Shown in pieces: positions 61,808 to 64,000 of a stretch of 64,000 bases of DNA (positions are counted from its first letter, which is position 1; each line of letters opens with the position of its first letter). Under the pieces are notes generated by a model. That model saw only the letters and a list, made by a program, of their open reading frames with translations. It had not been told where the DNA came from and ran no database searches. Both the position numbers and the translations under genes were made by a program. The DNA is from Trueperaceae bacterium. Its GTDB lineage: Bacteria; Deinococcota; Deinococci; Deinococcales; Trueperaceae. The stretch covers positions 2,016,001 through 2,080,000 of the forward strand of contig OZ243913.1 of the NCBI GenBank assembly GCA_965213705.1. Reading direction: 5' to 3'.

Positions 61808-62626
61808 ATGAGCGAAACGAAGTTGGACGAAAACATCCTCTTCTACTACAACCGCGGACGCGAACAAAGCCGCCTCGAGCGCGACCTCAGCCGGGTCGAA
61901 TACCTGCGAACCCTGGACGTGCTCGAGCGCCATTTGCCCGGATTTCCGGCGACTGTGCTCGACATCGGCGGCGGGCCGGGGCGCTACGCGGTCTGGCTCG
62001 CGGCGCGGGGCTACACGTTTTCTTTGCTCGAGCCCGTACCCTTGCACGTCGAACAAGCTCGAGCCGCGCTGCAAGAATTCGAAGATGCCGAGGCCGAGTT
62101 GGGGGACGCTCGAGCCCTCCCTTACAGGGACAACTCGGCCGACGCCGCGCTGCTGTTGGGGCCGCTCTACCACCTCACCGAGCGCGCCGACCGGCTGGAG
62201 GCGTTGCGGGAGGCGAAACGTGTTCTCAAACCCGGTGGAAAGCTCTTTGTCGCAGTCATTTCGCGGTTTGCTTCGCTGCTGGACGGTTTGTCGTTCGGCT
62301 TTTTGGATGACCCAGCTTACAAAGAAAGTGTGGAGTACGTCTTAAAAACTGGCGTTCATCAAAATCCGCAACGCCGCACGGGTCTTTTCACCACCGCTTA
62401 CTTTCACCGGCCGGAGGATTTGGAACTGGAAATGGAAGAAGTTGGTTTAAAGCTCGAAGCGTTGCTGGGGCTCGAGGGGCCGGCGCGCTACCTCACCGAC
62501 TTGGACGCGACCTTGGCCGACGCCGAGAAAACGACGACCTTGCTGAACCTGCTACGCACGACCGAATTTGAACCGTCGCTGTTGGGCGTGAGCCCGCACG
62601 TCTTAGCCGTGGCGACCGCAACGTAA
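61808..62626 (+). CDS. Class I SAM-dependent methyltransferase
   Basis: LDIGGGPG, GDAR, LGPLYHL. Confidence 0.9.
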   Translation: MSETKLDENILFYYNRGREQSRLERDLSRVEYLRTLDVLERHLPGFPATVLDIGGGPGRYAVWLAARGYTFSLLEPVPLHVEQARAALQEFEDAEAELGDARALPYRDNSADAALLLGPLYHLTERADRLEALREAKRVLKPGGKLFVAVISRFASLLDGLSFGFLDDPAYKESVEYVLKTGVHQNPQRRTGLFTTAYFHRPEDLELEMEEVGLKLEALLGLEGPARYLTDLDATLADAEKTTTLLNLLRTTEFEPSLLGVSPHVLAVATAT

Positions 62627-62630
62627 AAAA

Positions 62631-62915
62631 TCAGAGGTCGAAAGCCGGCTGGTACGTCCACAAAACCGGCTCCGGCGCAAAAAAGGCACCGAACAGCAGG
62701 GTCAGGTCGTCGAGGGCGGCGCTGGTGAGTTCGGGGTCGAACACCGCCCAGCTCGTGCCGCGGTGCGGGTCGTCGCCACGCCTGTCAAACTCGCTGTCGA
62801 TAAGCCCGCCGTGACACGCGTTCCAAAAGCGCAGGGCGTCCTGCAAAAAACGGTGAGCCCCCAACTTTGTGTCGACGGCGATGAGGATGTGGTCTTCCAG
62901 GTAAGCTGCGTTCAT
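62631..62915 (-). CDS. Hypothetical protein (94 aa)
   Basis: ATG ORF with ordinary globular composition. Confidence 0.45.
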   Translation of the reverse strand: MNAAYLEDHILIAVDTKLGAHRFLQDALRFWNACHGGLIDSEFDRRGDDPHRGTSWAVFDPELTSAALDDLTLLFGAFFAPEPVLWTYQPAFDL

Positions 62916-63051
62916 GACTCAGGGTAAAACGCGAGGTGTCACGAAATTCTTACGTACCTGCCGTAGTTGCGGGCTCGAGCCGCCCCATTCTGCGTGAGAA
63001 AAGCTACTTTTATCTTTGAGGAGTGACCGCTCAGGCAATCCGAGGCGTTCG

Positions 63052-64000
63052 TCATTCCTCGAAAAGCCGCTCCCGCCCAACCTCCCGGACGCTCCGGCAG
63101 CCCGCCAAGGCAAGCGTCAGGTCGAAGTCGGCCGCAAAGTTTCTTATCATCTCCCGCACACCCCGCTCACCCGCGACGGCCAGGGCGTAGACGTAGGGCC
63201 GCCCCACGCAGACCGCCGTAGCGCCCAGGGCGAGCGCCTTGAACATGTCCGCGCCGCCCCGAACCCCGCTGTCCAGCAAGACGGGCCGACCCTGGGCGGC
63301 CGCCACGACGTGGGGCAGGGCGTCGAGCGCCGCGACGGCCCCGTCCACCTGCCGCCCGCCGTGGTTTGAAACGACAAAACCGTCCACGCCGTGCTCGAGC
63401 CCTTCCTTGGCGTCGTCCGGGTGCAACACGCCCTTGAGCAAGATGGGGAGGTCGGTGTGCGCCCGCAAGAAGTCGATGTCTGACCAGCTCAACGACGGTT
63501 TGGAATAGCCCTGGATAAACCGCTGCACCGCCGCGACGGGTTTGCCGGAGCGCAAATTGGCGCGGAACGAGCCGGGGTGAGCCCGCGTCATCTGCAGGAG
63601 TGCCCGCAGAGAGGCGAGGGTAACCCTGCGCTTGCCCCTCTGGGGCGGGTTGTCCTCGAGCCACGCGTTGAAAACGGGGTCGCTCGTGTACTGGGCGATG
63701 CCCTTGCCGCGCAAAAAGGGCAAGTAGGCGAGGTCTAAGTCGCGGGTGCGCCAGCCGAGCAGCGTCGTGTCGAGGGTCACCACGATGGCGGTGCAACCGC
63801 ACGCTTCGGCGCGCGCCACAAAACTGAGGACCAGGTCGTCGCTCCGGCTGTAGTAGAGCTGAAACCAGCGCGGCGCGCCGCTCGTCACCTCGTCCATCGC
63901 GGCGGCGCACTGCTCCATCGGCACCGAGGCTTGGCTCGAGAAGATGAACGGCACGCCCTCGGCCGCGGCGGCCCTGGCGACGGCTAAGTCGGCTTCGCGG
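63052..64000 (-). CDS. FMN-dependent alpha-hydroxy acid oxidase (lactate 2-monooxygenase-like); 5' end outside the window
   Basis: [31 protein letters not shown]. Confidence 0.92.
   Translation of the reverse strand, partial: READLAVARAAAAEGVPFIFSSQASVPMEQCAAAMDEVTSGAPRWFQLYYSRSDDLVLSFVARAEACGCTAIVVTLDTTLLGWRTRDLDLAYLPFLRGKGIAQYTSDPVFNAWLEDNPPQRGKRRVTLASLRALLQMTRAHPGSFRANLRSGKPVAAVQRFIQGYSKPSLSWSDIDFLRAHTDLPILLKGVLHPDDAKEGLEHGVDGFVVSNHGGRQVDGAVAALDALPHVVAAAQGRPVLLDSGVRGGADMFKALALGATAVCVGRPYVYALAVAGERGVREMIRNFAADFDLTLALAGCRSVREVGRERLFEE

Overview
High-GC bacterial chromosomal window, most likely Deinococcota (Truepera-like). This is inferred from gene content and from many apparently leaderless genes with a TANNNT box 5-7 nt before the start codon. 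Most of it is housekeeping and metabolic genes: xdhAB, acyl-CoA dehydrogenase, rodA, a caa3-type oxidase operon, comM, thiN, dgt, iscS/Rrf2, rho and ileS behind an Ile T-box. No rRNA, tRNA, CRISPR array, integrase or transposase was seen. Best candidates for undescribed systems: (1) an ECF sigma/anti-sigma locus (3.7-11.2 kb). Three matching GCATCC-N16-CGTTWC promoters sit there, and the anti-sigma carries an extra Ig-like domain that aligns without gaps to one in a large triple-repeat lipoprotein it probably controls. (2) A two-gene operon whose membrane protein has both copper-site motifs of PmoC/AmoC at the expected spacing, with no pmoA/pmoB in the window. Also notable: a toxin-antitoxin cassette between two copies of a gene 3' end, a Fic gene inside a decayed allantoin operon, a low-GC mosaic segment in ileS, a Rho with a long low-complexity N-terminus, and strong over-representation of the palindrome CTCGAG. 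All family calls come from motif recognition, not database searches.
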